DNA of 64,000 bases from Mobula hypostoma (lineage: Eukaryota), in contig NC_086108.1 of NCBI RefSeq assembly GCF_963921235.1, positions 88,848,001 to 88,912,000 on the forward strand, written 5' to 3'. The position numbers and the translations under genes are program-made. This document shows, one piece after another, positions 1-13,695 of the stretch. Every line of letters starts with the position of its first letter. Within the stretch, counting starts at the first letter, position 1. The notes beneath the pieces were generated by a model, which saw nothing but the letters and a program-made list of their open reading frames with translations, made no database searches and was not told the DNA's origin.

Positions 1-310
1 TTTGAGGACATGCCTAGTTTAGAGAACAATTGGATGCTGCATCTTTGGATTTTCAGAACGCTTCTGATAAGATCCTACAGGAGTTTGGTCAACCAAGTTA
101 GACGACATGGAACTGGGGATAATGTTCGAGAATTGGTGTTGGACAGATAGCAAAGAGAAAGAAAGGAAATAAATGGATCAATCTCAAGTTGGCAGGTTAT
201 GAGTGGTGAGGTAAATTGTACTGAGGTAGCAGATCAGCTATAGTCTTAATGAATAGTAGAGCAGGCCCACTGGGACAGATAGTCTACGCCTGTTCCTATC
301 TATTGTTTTA
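1..310 (+). mobile_element. Degenerate CR1 LINE fragments (RT region plus 3' tail)
   Basis: ttggattttcagaacgcttctgataag resembles the DF(Q/S)KAFDK-coding segment of other CR1 copies here. 225-305 matches the CR1 3' tail seen at 3650-3735. Confidence 0.6.
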
Positions 311-1599
311 AATTGTTAAAACTACCTGTACAATTCTAAAACTGGTTCTTGAGGGTTTGGAAGGAAGAGGAGAAGTCAGGCAGGGAAAATATTGTGAAAT
401 GTAATCAGGAAACTATAAATGGAAGATTCAGTTGAGTACTTTAATGGATAGGAAGGTTTCAGGGACAAGGATTTCAAAAAAAATTTATTATCCAAGTACA
501 TTTACATCACCAAGATTCGTTTTCTTGCTGACCCGACAGAATCAATGGAAAATCACAAAAGATAGGCAAACAACAATTGTAAGGGACTACTGAGAAAACA
601 ATGATCTACATTTGTATGTAAATGGAATGGATTATTAGATCAAATGGTCTTTTTCCTGTTCACAAAAGCATCTGCTTCTGGTCCCTTCAAAACATAATAG
701 CTACTTGACAGCCAGAGGTGGGCTATGACACCAACTCTATTGAAGTTCTGAACTTCAATAAGGAGCACAACGATTCCAAGTTCAAACCTCCAGTAAATGC
801 ACCAAACTTTCTGTCCCAGAATGCTACAAGGAATCAGGGATCTGTGATGAACTTGTAAAAGAGGCTGTGAACTGAGAAGCACTGAGCAGGCAATTTCATA
901 CAAACACAAACTGGATGCTATTGGAACATAATCAGTTGTGACCTTCTCTGAAACGCTGCAGTGAAGCTGTCAACAGATAAGTGAATGTATAGGTCACAAA
1001 GATGGTCCCAGTTTTGACTCCAAGGCCCTTTGAAGTTACAAAATGTCAGAAATGCCATAAGAGTAAAGCATTAATCTGCTTTTAGAGGTGCTGATAAACT
1101 CAGACCTTTCCTCAATGTTTTTGTTGATCATCAAACAGGTGGCGTTCCTATTTCAACCATTGCATGGACTTAGAACAGACAGGAAAGAGGTGATAAGATA
1201 GCATAGGAGGATCCTGTATTAATTAAACAATTAAAGGTATGATTTTTATATTATAAAATGGGGTGGGGGAAGGCAGAACCAGGGAAAACTTTGCAATTTG
1301 CAGGGAACAATAGATAGGATTGATTCCCTGCACAAATGGTAACATATTCTTCCATGTGTTCACCAGTGTGTTATTAAAAATCAGAGTTAAGTAATGAGTA
1401 ACTTGGAAATGTGAAAGGCAGTTTGCAAGGGAATTAATTACTAGCTTTGCAGATGATGACAAATTTCTTCAACTGATCACCGGTTTCAAATGTGTTCAGA
1501 GTCAGAGTTAGAGAGAAATGTAAGTAAGCAGAGTTTACAGTTATAGTTGAGGATTAAAGCTATTTCAACTCATTAATGCATAGAAGACATATTGGTCCA

Positions 1600-2191
1600 C
1601 AACACTCACAACACGCTGGAGGAACTCAGCAGGTTGGGCAGCATCCGTGGAAAAGATCGGTCGACGTTTCGGGCTGGAACCCTTTGTCAGGGACTGTAGA
1701 GGGAAGGGGCAGAGGCCCTATAAAGAAGGTGGGGGGAGAGTGGGAAGGAGAAGGCTGGTAGGTTCCAGGTGAAAAACCAGTAAGGGGAAAGATAAAGGGG
1801 TGAGGGAGGGGAGTCAGGGAGGTGATAGGCAGGAAAGGTGAAGAAAGAATAGGGGAAAACACAATGGGTCGTAGAAGGAGGCGGAACCATGAGGGAGGTG
1901 ATAGGCAGCTGGGGGAGGGGGCAGAGTGACATACGAATAGTGGAAGGGAGGGGGAGGGAATTACCGGAAGTAGGAGAATTCTATGTTCATACCAAGGGGC
2001 TGGAGACTACCTAGACGGTATATGAGGTGTTGCTCCTCCAGCCTGAGTTTAGCCTCATCATGGCAGTAGGGGCGGCCATGTATGGACATATCTGAATGGG
2101 AGTGGGAAGCAGAGTTGAAGTGGGTGGCTACTGGGAGATCCTGTCTATTTTGGCGGACAGAGCGGAGGTGCTCGACGAAGCAGTCCCCCAA
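1600..2191 (-). mobile_element. Penelope-like retroelement, 3' fragment (GIY-YIG C-terminus plus terminal repeat)
   Basis: ORF 1961-2191(-) (GDCFVEHLRSVRQ...RLEEQHLIYRLGSLQPLGMNIEF) and the downstream sequence are near-identical, in reverse, to the 3' part of the Penelope copy at 21349-23057. Confidence 0.9.
1659..1695 (-). ncRNA. Minimal type-I hammerhead ribozyme-like motif (core mutated)
   Basis: Reverse complement reads agtcc-CTGACAA-agggttccagccc-GAAA-CGTC-gacc. The CUGANGA box has G>A; GAAA and GUC are intact. Confidence 0.65.
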
Positions 2192-2849
2192 ATGTCAGAA
2201 GCATCAATACTGCTGAAGGAGGAGTACAATAAAGAGGTTGTCTAACAATTGGAAACCAAAGAATTTTGGACTGCTGTTTATTTACAAAAGTTGCTATGTT
2301 GCCAACAACACTGAGAGTTATGCAGCTGGGTTTATCCCAGGTGATAACCTTGCAATGTGCATTGAGTAGGCTGTCAGCACCCATTGACAGCAAAAACTTA
2401 GCACAAGGCTGGAAGCACGACTGCAGTGAAAAGGGGCGCCGGCCCACTTAGTCGAGGAATTCTTTTCCAACTTTACAATTGGGTGTGCCAGTTTGGACTA
2501 AACTTGTAGTTATGGAGGAATCATTTCCTTAGTGCAACTGTGAATATAGGAAGAATTATATGATAATGTGAATTGAAATCCAACAAGTATATTTGCTCTT
2601 CTTTCACCACCCAATAATGAGTATAACACCACTGTTTTCTTTCCCTACAGAGATTCAGGCTGGATCTTGTGAAAGCTGAAATATTTAAGGGGAATTTGAG
2701 GGGTAACTATTTCATTCAATCAGTGGGGGAAATGTGTAACAAGCTGCCATTGGAAGAGGTAGATGTGGGTTCAGTTGTCATATTTAAGTGACGTTTGCTT
2801 CGGTACATGGATGGGAAGGGTATAGTTCGGGTGCAGCTGGGTGGGACTA

Positions 2850-3740
2850 CAAAATGTGCAGAAGATACGGGGAGTCTGTAGAGAGGTATAGATACGTTAA
2901 TTGAGAGGGCAAGGATCTGGCAGATGGAGTACAATGTTGTAAATGTGAGGTTATCAACTTTGGAAGGAAAAATGGAAGATCTGATTTAAATGGTAAAAAA
3001 TTGTAGCATGCTGCTGTGCAGAGGGACTTCGGAGTGCTTGTGCATGAATCACAAAAGGTTGGTTTGCAGGTGCAGCAGGCTATCAAGAAGGCAAATGGGA
3101 TGTTGTCCTTCATTGCTAATGGGATTGAATATAAGAGCAGGGAAGTTATGCTGCAACTGTACAGGGTACTGGTGAGGCTGCACATGGAGTACTGTGCGAA
3201 GTTCTGGTCTCCTTCCTTGAGGAAGGATATACTGCTTTTGGAGGCGATGCAGAGGAGGTTCTCCAGGCTGATTCCAGAGATGAGGGGGTTAGACTATGAG
3301 GAGAGATTGAGTCACCTGGGACTGTACTCACTGGAATTCAAAAGAATGAGAGGAGATCTTATAGAAACATATAAAATTATGAAAGGGATAGATAAGATAG
3401 AGGCAGGAAAGTTGTTTCCACTGATAGGTGATAAAACTAGGGGACATAGCCTCAAGGTTTGGGGGAGTAGATTTAGGACAGAGAAGGTGAACTGCTTTTC
3501 CCAGAGGGTGGTGAATCTGTGAAATTCTCTGCCCAATGAAGCAGTGGAGGCTGCCTCAGTAAATTATTTAAGACAAGGTTGGATAGATTTTTGCACAGTA
3601 GGGGGAATTAAAGGTTATGGGGAAAAGGCAGGTAGGTGGAGATGAGTGCATGGCCAGATCAGCCATGATCTTATTGAATGGTGGAGCAGGCTCGATGGGC
3701 CAGATGGCTGACTCCTGCTCCTATGTTCTTATGTTCTTAA
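2850..3740 (+). mobile_element. CR1 LINE, 5'-truncated 3' part of ORF2 plus tail
   Basis: ORF 3016-3522 (RDFGVLV...LYRVLVRLHMEYCAKFWSP...RMRGDLIETYKI...FSQRVVNL) is the CR1 ORF2 C-terminus. Ends in a (tatgttct)n tail. Confidence 0.92.
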
Positions 3741-4189
3741 ATTCTTATGACTGGACAAAAAATCAGACTGGTATGGACTAGATGAGCTTAGGGGCTTGTA
3801 TTGTGCTTTAGTGACTCTATGACTATATTCAGAATGTGTATAGTCTGGGCTACTGAGACTATACAGACAAGACAAAAGACAAAAGAGCTACTTAAACTGG
3901 AGAATCCAATAGCAAATTCTGCTAAAATATGCCCAGACAGAAGATCAGGTGTTGTCCCTCGAGTTGCATTGTGCCTCGTAACAGTACAGGAATGAGAGGT
4001 CATTGAGGGAATGGAATGGTGAATTAAAGTGTCAGGTAACTGGAAGCTGAAAACTTATCACATTCAATGGTTATGATTCCTGATGACTTGTTCTAGCTGA
4101 GCCATGACCTGGTAGATCCAGTGAAAGGCTGGGGAACACTGGCAGTGGAGTGTCATTGTATAGAAGACAACACTTTGGGCTGTGAAATA

Positions 4190-4825
4190 AATAGATAGAT
4201 AGATAGATACTGACAAAGATAGATACTTTATTGATCCCAAAGGAAATTACAGTGTCACAGTAGCATTACAAGCGCCCAGGTATAAATATTAGAAGAGAAG
4301 TAAGAAAGAATGAAAAATAAGTTACCACAAACAGTCTAACAGGCGGGGCTCATCACTTCCCCAGTTATAGTTTGACTAATCATACAGCCTAATAGCCAAG
4401 GGTAAGGATGATCTCATAAGTGCTTTTTAAAGCAGTGAAGTTGTCTTAGTCGATTACTAAAAGTGCTCCTCTGTTCAGCGAAGGTGACATGCAGAGGGTG
4501 AGAAACATTGTCTAGAATTGCCAGGAATTTCCGTAGAGTCCTTTGTTCTACCATGGCCTCCAGTGTGTCCAGTTTGATTCCTATTACAGAGCCAGCGTTT
4601 CTATTCAGTTTATTGAGCCAGTCGGCATCATCTGTGTTGATGTCATTTCTCCAGCACACTATCGCATAGAAGATTGTACTAGTGACAACAAACGGGTAGA
4701 TCATGTGAAGGAGAGGCCTCCAAAAGATCTCAGGCTCCTCAGGAAGTAGAGGTGACTTTGGCCCTTCTTGTTGGTGCTCCACTCAAATCTGTCATCAAGT
4801 ACTCGTAGGTCTTCACCACATCCAT
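4190..4825 (-). mobile_element. Rex1/Babar-like non-LTR retrotransposon 3' fragment with (atag)n microsatellite tail
   Basis: ORF 4414-4782(-) has the IFYAIVCW...LNKL...AGSVIG...ILDNVSHPLH pattern typical of the Rex1/Babar ORF C-terminus. (atag)n at about 4190-4225. Confidence 0.75.
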
Positions 4826-5975
4826 TTGTGTGGAGGGGAAGTCTCAAAACCAAAGGTTCCCAACCGAGGGTCCACAAATCCCTTAAAAAGGGTGGGAACT
4901 CCTGCTCTAAATCATTGTCCTACAAAGCACATGGTTATTGATTTGGATGATAATAATAGTGCTATAGTATTTAATATATGGTTCAGGTTAGTGATTTTCA
5001 GATCATTCAAATAGGGAATGCATCACATCCAAGCTTGGTTCATGGTATTTCGTGTGATTGGAGATCAACATGTTGTGAGAGCAACTGATTGGGAAAGAAA
5101 GATTATATTTTACATGTTTGTACAATATGGTTCAGAATATATAGGTTAATTAGGTATAAGGTTAGTTGCACTGTGTTTAATGACAGTGATTTAATTAATT
5201 ACACTTGCTCTTGGTCTTTGCGAGAAGCAAGTGGAAGGGTGGGAGTAATTAAAGCTTATGTTCGAGTATTCCTCAATGTGACTTTTGCTGCAGTTCAATT
5301 TGTTAATTGCAGAATTAAACAAAAATTCTTCAACATGTGTAATACAAAAAGCAGGAAATGTTCGTATTTGCATAATGGTTGGGAATAGATCACTCATTTC
5401 AACATGGAAGTTTTTGTTGGTAGTATTTCAATGACACTCTCTTACATTTTCAGTACAATGGCAGGTTGAAGTTTTGCTTTCTACATTAAAGTCTGTGAAA
5501 GTTACATATCCACATTTTAGCCACGTTTCCTTGCCTAATGCTATTTGATGTCTAGTTCTCAAAAGAAATGGGAACAATGAAGATCATACATTCATCGAGT
5601 CATTCACAGAGGGTGGTAGCATACTCTACCCACTCTCAAATGGTAGTCAACTATCATTTGTATAGTACGTTCAAGATGTTGGCTGAATTGTTCAGTCTCT
5701 ACAGGGCAGAAGTGAAGTTTTTATCACATGGATGGTGGGGAGAAGAAACAGTAGGTAGGAGTAACAGCAATCCCTTCAAAGATACTTTGACGGTATTCCT
5801 TTTAGAAAAGCATTGCATGGGATGATACCCGGCTGAATTAGCATTTGAAGTAGAGTTCATGATATTTGTGTTAAGACCATAAGGCATAGGAGCAGAATTA
5901 GGCCATTCGGCCCTTCCAGTCTGCTCCCCCTTTCCACTATGGCTAATTTATTATTACTCTCAACTTCATTCTCCT

Positions 5976-8310
5976 GTGGGTAACTCCATGAATTGCAATC
6001 TGTTGAGGGCTAGATCAGAGGCGTTCAAGTCTGGCAAACAAGAAAGTTACAAGAGGGCTAGGTGCGATCTCTGGAAAGCTATCTCATGGGCGAAGTGGTT
6101 GTTCTGGACTAAATTTGAATTAATGAAGAAAGCTCCGCAGGTGTGGCAGGGCCTGAATATTATCACTTCTTACAAAGTGTAATCAAGCGACATGGGTGTC
6201 AACAGGGCTTCGCTTCCAGATAAGCACAATGCCTTCTATGCTCACTTTGACCATCATAATATGGAAGAGACCTCATGATCTCCCACAACCCCTCATGAGC
6301 CTGCGATTGCAGTCGCAGAGACCAAAGCAAAAGCATCCTTCAGGAGGGTGAACCCAAAGAAAGCTTCAAGATGAGGTACCTGGCTGACAACTAAAGACTT
6401 GAGCTGATTAAATGACTGGAGTGTTCACTGAGATCTTTAACCTCTCACTTCAGCAGTCTAAGGTAACCACCTACTACAAGCAGGCTTTAATTATACTGGT
6501 GCCTAAGAAGAACGTGGTAACCTGCCTCAGTGACCATCATCCAGCAGCACTTACATCAACATTGATGACGTTTTTATGAGAGGCTGATGACGAAACATGT
6601 CAACTCCTGCCTCAGAAGCGACTTGGATCTGCTCCAATTATGCACATCTGCACAACAGGTCCACAGCAGATGCCATTTCATTGATTCCTCACTAAACCTT
6701 GGACATTTGACCAGCAAAGATGCACACATCAGGATGCTCCTTATTGCGTATAGCTGGGCAATCAATCATCCCCTCAAAACTAATCAATAAGCTTCAAGAC
6801 CATGGTCTCAAGACCTTTTTGTGCAATTGCATGCTCAATTCCCTCTCAGTTTCCCCATTCAGTTTGGATTAGCAACAACATCTCCTCTACAATCTCCATC
6901 AGCACAATTTCACAACAAGGCTGTGTGCTTCGCTTCCTGCTCCACTCGCTTTACACGTATGGCTGTAAGGCTGAGCACAGCTTGAACGTCATCTTGAGTT
7001 GGCTGATGACACCATGGTCATGGGCCAAATCTAAGGTGGTAATGAATCAGCATATAGGAGTGTGATTGAAAATCTGGCTTAGTGGTGCCACAACAACAAC
7101 CGTTTGCAAGACCAAGGAGCTGATTATTGACTTAAGGAGAAGGAAACCAGCGGTCCATGAGCCAGTCCTTTATCAGGGAATCAGAGGTGGAGAGGGTGTT
7201 ATCATTTCAGAGGACTTGTCCTGGGCCCAGCACATAAGTGCAATTATGAAGAAAGAACATTGTGCCTCTACAGTACTACTTTAGAGGTTTGTAAAGATTC
7301 AGCATGACATCTAAAACTTTGACAAACTTCCATAGATGTGTAATCAGGAACATATTGTCTGGCTGCATCACAGCCTAGTATGGAAGCACCAAGGCCCTTG
7401 AGTGGAAAATCCTCTAAAGAGTGGTGGATATGGCCCAGTTCTCCATGGGTAAGTCCCTCCCCACCACTGAGCAGACCTACACAGTGTTGTTGCAGGAAAG
7501 CAGCATCCATCATCCAGAACCCTTGCTGCCCAGGTCATGCCCTCTTCTCACCGCTGCCACCAGGAAGGAACCTCAGGACTCACACCACCCGGTTCAGGAA
7601 TGGGTATTACCCCTGAACCATCAGGCTCTTGAGCCAGAGGGATAACTTCACTGAACTTTACTTGCCTCATCACTAAACTGTTCCCATAAACTATGGACTC
7701 TTTTCTGAGGACACTTCACCTCATGTTCTTGATATTTATTGCTTATTTATTTATTTATTTATTATTTTCTTTTTGCATTTGCATTGTTTCTTGTCTTTTA
7801 CACGCTGGTTATCCGCTCTGTCTGTGTGGACTTTTCTTGATTCTATTATGGATATTTTGGGTAGCAGGGTGAGGAGACATCTTAACAAAGGAGGTGTAAG
7901 GCACTCCTTCTCTCTGCTAGCCTGCAGGTCACCCTTGGGCAAGGTGTAGCACCCGCTTAGCCCGCGATCAGGGTCACATGAAGCCATTGGAGCAGGTGAT
8001 GGATGATTGTCTGAGCAATGGTGCACATCACAAGTCCTAGTTATGCGACCACTGGCGCCAAACAGACAATCTGTGAAGAGTATTGATAATGGCTGAGGTC
8101 ACACTTCTTGTAAACACACTGCCCAGTATAAGCAAATGGAAAACCACTTCTGTAGAAAAATTTGCCAAGAACAATCATGGTCATGGAAAGACCATGATCA
8201 CTTAACGTCATATGACATGGCACATAACGAACAATTATTATTATTGGATTTATTGAGTATGCCTGCAGGAAAATGAATCTCAGGGTTGTATATGGTGACA
8301 TATATGTACC
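5976..8310 (+). mobile_element. Degenerate Rex1/Babar-like LINE; its 3' tail is interrupted by the element at 7859-8233
   Basis: Broken RT motifs (ISTISQQGCVL; CKTKELIIDLRR; HALFSPLPPGR...TTRFRNGYYP). The tail resumes at about 8235 (ggatttattgagtatgcc...aatctcagggttgtatatggtgac), the same tail as at 20560-20620 and 26935-27030. Confidence 0.8.
7859..8233 (+). mobile_element. Short non-coding interspersed element, possibly RTE-related
   Basis: About 375 bp that splits the Rex1 tail. The 3' part (gcaaatggaaaaccacttctgtagaaaaatttgccaagaac) resembles RTE-associated SINE tails as I recall them; not checked against a library. Confidence 0.5.
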
Positions 8311-8745
8311 ACGAACTGCCTTCTCCTTATAACCTTTGATGCCCTTACTAATCAAGAACCTATCAACCACTGCTTTAAATATACCCAATGACTTGGCCTC
8401 CATAGCCGTCTGTGACAATGAATTCCACAGATTCACTGCCCTCTGGCTAAAGAAATTCCTCCTCATCTCCCTACTAAAGGGATGTCCCTATATTCTGAGG
8501 CTGTGCCCTCTGCTTTCTGGCTCTAGACTCCCCACTATGGGAAACATCCTCTCCACATCCACTCTATCTGGGCCTCTCAATATTTGATAGGTTTCAATGA
8601 GATCCCCCCTCATTCTTCTAAAGTCCAGAGAATTCAGACCCAGGACCATCAAATAACCCTCACATGTTAGCCCTTTCATTCTCGGAATTATTCTCATGAA
8701 CCCCCTCAGGACCCTGTCCAATGCCAGCACACATCTTTTCTTAGA
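8311..8745 (-). mobile_element. CR1 LINE 3' fragment
   Basis: Minus-strand ORFs contain RRMRGDLIETYQIL and RRNFFSQRAVNLWNSL. Confidence 0.85.
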
Positions 8746-9284
8746 TAAAAACTGATCTGCCCCCTGACCTCAGCAGCAGAGCAAGAGGATGGCTATATTG
8801 GCCCCTGACTTTAGCTTGTCTTTGACTTTTGTGCTCCAGTGTGCAGGTAAGCAAAGACAAAAAGACCCCTATTAGACACCTGGCCATCATTTTCCAATGA
8901 ACAACCAAGCTGAGAGCTATAATGTTCTGCACCATTAAGTGAACAAAATAAAAACTTTTCATTGTGTTTGATAACAGAGGTACCAAAGAAAGGAAACTAA
9001 ATTCTCAACAGTCAGAACTAATGTGAAGTATAGAGATAGATAGGATATACTAATCACTATAGGTGGAGATGTTTGTTAATACAGCAATGGAAAAGGCAAA
9101 ATTGTTTTTTGGGTTTCATATCAAGAGTGATAGAATTGCAAAGTTGAGGTTTACATATATTGACTTTTAGGTGGAATACTGTGGAACACAACTGGAGTAC
9201 TGTGAACTGTACAAAGACCCATTGGAGACATACAGCATTCGATGCTTCATAGACACCCCATCCACATCAATTCACTGACTTGAG

Positions 9285-9625
9285 CCATTGATCGTCTGGA
9301 TAGTCAGAGGCTTTTTCCCAGGGCTGAAATGGCTAGCATGAGAGGGCACAGTTTTAAGGTGCTTGGAAGTAAGTACAGAGGAGATATCAGGGGTAAGTTT
9401 TTTATGCAGAGAGTGGTGAGTGCGTAGAATGGGCTGCCGGCGACAGTGGTGGGTGCGGATACAATAGAGTATTTTAAGAGACTCCTGGACAGGTATGTAG
9501 AGCTCAGAAAAGTAGAGGGCTATGGGTAACCCTAGGTAATTTCTCAGGTTAATACGTGTTCGGCACAGCTTTGTGGGCCAAGGGGCCTGTATTGTGCTGT
9601 AGGTTTTCTACGTTCTGTTTCTATG
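9285..9625 (+). mobile_element. CR1 LINE 3' end
   Basis: Closely similar to 18225-18556 and 55850-56185; tail tttctacgttctgtttctatg. Confidence 0.85.
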
Positions 9626-10894
9626 AGTCCACTGCCGAAACACAGTAGGAGCAGTTTACAGCATCTACAGATGCACAGCAGCAAATCACCAAGGAGCATC
9701 AGACAGCATCTTTCAAACCCGCAAAGAGGACAAAAGCAGCAACAGCATGGGAACATCACCAGCAGGAAGTTGCCCTCCAGGCCGCACACAATGCTGGCTT
9801 GGAAGCATATTGCCGTTGCTTCAACATTGCTGGGCAAAGATCCTGGAACAACATCGATGGTAATCTCCACACTTCCATATCTGGAACAGTTCAAAGAGGC
9901 AGCTCACCACCACCCCAGGGATCGGCAATTATATACTGACTCACTGGTAAAAGCAACAATACTTTAATGAATAAAAAGAAAGTATAGGCATATTTATGAG
10001 TCAGTTAGTTGTATGATTGAAAAGAAAAGAATAAATGGAATTGTGAAGAGGACTATGTGAAGATGGAAGGCAGGAAGTTTGCATAGACCATAAATGCTGA
10101 CAAAGGCCTGTAAGGGCAAATGGACAGCCTCATTCTATAATATTTTCCACATAATTCAGTAATTTATTATATTCTTCTTCCATTGTACTCATCCTACCTG
10201 ACAATGTGGACCATGGTAACCATACCTACCTGACAAAACCATACCTACCTGGCAAAATGCAGGACAAATCTATTGCAGCAAATTACTGCTCAATCTGTCT
10301 TCTCTCAGCAATGAACGAGCTGATGAAAAGTTTTTATGACTCTGCTTTTAAATGAAACCTGCTTACTGATGTCCAGTTTGGGCTTAGCCAAAAATATTGA
10401 GCTTCCAACTTCATCAAAGCCTTGGGTCCAAATACGGACCCAGACAACAGAATTTCAGGGATGGGCAAGATAAGTGCCCATGGCAATAAGGCAGCATTTG
10501 GCTGGGAGTGGCATCAGGTGTCCTAGTAAATATGACATTAATTAGAATCAAGGGGAAACTGCTCTAATAGTTGGAGCCAGAGCTTAAACAAAGGATGGTT
10601 GCTGAAGGGGATCATTTACAGCATCATTTCAGGGTGTCCTTGAGGCTGTGTCCTATGCCCAACTGTTTTTGGATGCTTCAATAATAACCTTCCTTTCACT
10701 ATAAAATCAGAAGTGGCAACATATGCTGATGATTCCACAATGTTTAATTCTATTCGCAATTTCTCAGAAATAGAAGCAGTTCGTGTCTGCATGCAGCAGA
10801 ACCTATCCAACCTTCAGGGACAATATTTACATTACAGAAGTACCAGACTATCTCTCGCAAGAAAATCTAAACACCTATCCCTCATATTCTAGGC

Positions 10895-13695
10895 TGCCGG
10901 AAGCAGGTCTTCGGGTGACAGTCAGCGGGGGGAAAGCGAAGGTTAATAGACAGGTCGTGCAGAGCACCCCTGTAGCCATTCCCCTGAATAATAAGTTTAC
11001 CGTCCTGGATACTGTTGGCGGGGATGACCAACCAGGTGTGAGCCACGGTGGCAGGGCCTCTGGCACTGAGTCTGACCCTGTGGTGCTGAAGGGTGGGACA
11101 GAGAAGAGGAGAGCTATCGTCATTGGGGACTCTATAGTCAGGGGAGCAGACAGGAGATTTTGTGGACATGAGAAGGACACCCGCATGGTTTGTTGCCTCC
11201 CGGGTGCCAGGGTCCGGGATGTCTCTGACCGGGTGCACGACATCCTGGTATGAGAGGGAAAGCAACCAGAAGTCGTGATACATGTTGGGACCAACGACAT
11301 AGGCAGGAAGAGGGATGAGGTCCTGAAGTGTGAGTTTCGGGAACTAGGCAGAAGACTGAAGAACAGGACCTCAAGGGTGACGTTCTCAGGATTGCTGCCA
11401 GTGCTACGTGATAGTGATGGTAAGAATTGGAGGAGATGGCAGTTGAATGCGTGGCTGAGGAGTTGGTGCAGGGAGCAGGGTTTTAGATTTTTAGATCATT
11501 GGGATCTCTTCTGGGGAAGGTGGGACCTGTACAGACTGGATGGGTTGCACCTGAACTCGAGGGGGAGCAATATCCTTGCAGGTAGGTTTGCTAGCATGGT
11601 TCGGGAGGGTTTAAACTAATTTGCAAGGGAGATGGGACCTGGAGCGATAGGGCAGTGAAAGAAGTGCATGGAGTAAAGCCAGATCTAACATATAGAGAGG
11701 CTTTGAGGAAAGAGAAGCAGAATAAAGGGTGTAAAAGTAGGAAGGCAGAAGGGCTAAAGTGCGTGTACTTCAGTGCAAGAAGCATCAGGAACAAAGGTGA
11801 TGAACTGAGAGCTTGGATACATACATGGAATTATGATGTAGTGGCCATTACAGAGACCTGGCTGGCACCAGGGCAGGAATGGATTCTTAAAAGGGATAGA
11901 GAGGGGGAAAAGGGGAGGAGGGGTGGCATTACTGGTCAGGGATACAATTACAGCTACAGAAAGGGTGGTAATGTAGCAGGATCCTCTTTTGAGTCAGTAT
12001 GGGTGGAAGTCTGGAACAGGAAGGGAGCAGTTACTCTATTGGGAGTATTCTATAGGCTCCCAGAGATACTGAGGAGCAGATTGGGAGGCAGATTTTGGAA
12101 AGGTGCAAAAAATAACAGCGTTGTTATCAGGGGTGACTTTAACTTGCCTAATATTGATTGGCACCTGATTAGTTCCAAGGGTTTGGACGGGGCAGAGTTT
12201 GTGAAGTGTGTCCAAGATGGATTCCTGTCACGGTATGTTGACAGGCCAACTGGGGGAATGCCATACTAGATCTAGTATTAGGTAACGAACCAGGTCAGGT
12301 CATAGATCTCTCAGTGGGTGAGCATCTGGGGAACAGTGACCACCACTCGCTGGCCTTCAGCATTGTCATGGAAAAGGATAGAATCAGAGAGGACAGGAAA
12401 ATTTTTAATTGGGGAAGGGCAAATTATGAGGCTATAAAGTTAGAACTTACGGGTGTGAATTGAGATGATGTTTTAGCAGGGAAATGTACTATGGACATGT
12501 GGTCGATGTTTAGGGATCTTTTGCAGGATGTTAGGGATAAATTTGTCCCGGTGAGGAAGATAAAGAATGGTAGGGTGAAGGAACCATGGGTGACAAGTGA
12601 GGTGGAAAATCTAGTCAAGTGGAAGAAGGCAGCATATATGAGCATTAGGAAGCAAATATCAGATGGGTCTATTGAGGAATATAGGGTAGCAAGAAAGGAG
12701 CTTAAGAAGGGGCTGAGAAGAATAAGAAGCGGGCATGAGAAGACTTTGGCGAATAGGGTAAAGGAAAACTCCAAGGCATTCTTCAATTATGTGAAGAAAG
12801 AAAGGATGACAGGAGTGAAGGTAGGACCGATTAGAGATAAAGGTGGGAAATGTGCCTGGAGGCTGTGGAAGTGAGCGAGGTCCTCAATGAATACTTCTCT
12901 TCGGTATTCACCAATGAGAGGGAACTTGATGACGGTGAGGACAATATGAGTGAGGTTGATGTTCTGGAGCATGTTGATATTCAGGGAGAGGTGGTGTTGG
13001 AGTTGTTAAAATACATTAGGATGGATAAGTCCCCGGGGCCTGACGGAATATTCCCCAGGCTGCTCCACGAGGCGAGGGAAGAGATTGCTGAGCCTCTGGC
13101 TAAGATCTTTATGTCCTCGTTGTCCACGGGAATGGTACCGGAGGATTGGAGGGAGGCGAATGCTGTCCCCTTGTTCAAAAAAGGTAGTAGGGATAGTCCG
13201 GGTAATTATAGACCAGTGAGCCTTACGCCTGTGGTGGGAAAGCTGTTGGAAAAGATTCTTAGAGATAGGATCAACGGGCATTTGGAGAATCATGGTCTAA
13301 TCAGGGACAGTCAGCATGGCTTTGTGAAGGGCAGATTGTGTCTAATAAGCCTGATAGAGTTCTTTGAGGAGGTGACCAGGCATATAGATGAGGGTAGTGC
13401 AGTGGATGTGATCTACGTGGATTTTAGTAAGGCATTTGACAAGGTTCCACACGGTAGGCTTATTCAGAAAGACAGAAGGCATGGGATCCAGGGAAGTTTG
13501 GCCAGGTGGATTCAGAATTGGCTTGCCTGCAGAAGGCAGAGGGTCATGGTGGAGGGAGTATATTCAGACTGGAGGGTTGTGACTAGTGGTGTCCCACAAG
13601 GATCGGTTCTGGGACCTCTACTTTTCATGATTTTTATTAACGACCTGGATGTGGGGGTAGAAGGGTGGGTTGGTAAGTTTGCAGATGACACAAAG
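10895..13695 (+). mobile_element. CR1 LINE: ORF1 SGNH-esterase domain, ORF2 APE endonuclease and RT; 3' end missing
   Basis: ORF1 motifs IVIGDSIVRG, HVGTNDI, DGLHLN. APE motifs VAITETWL and GDFNLPNIDW. RT motifs [40 protein letters not shown]. Stops and frameshifts present. Breaks into Penelope sequence right after FADDTK. Confidence 0.95.

Noticed and set aside
10241..10254. atacctacctggca resembling the U1 snRNA 5' end
   Set aside because: Only 14 nt and no U1 body follows; better explained as the complement of a splice-donor-like motif.
10895..11619. SGNH/GDSL esterase-like ORFs as a captured host or bacterial gene
   Set aside because: The esterase domain is an established part of CR1-clade ORF1 and recurs in four CR1 copies here.
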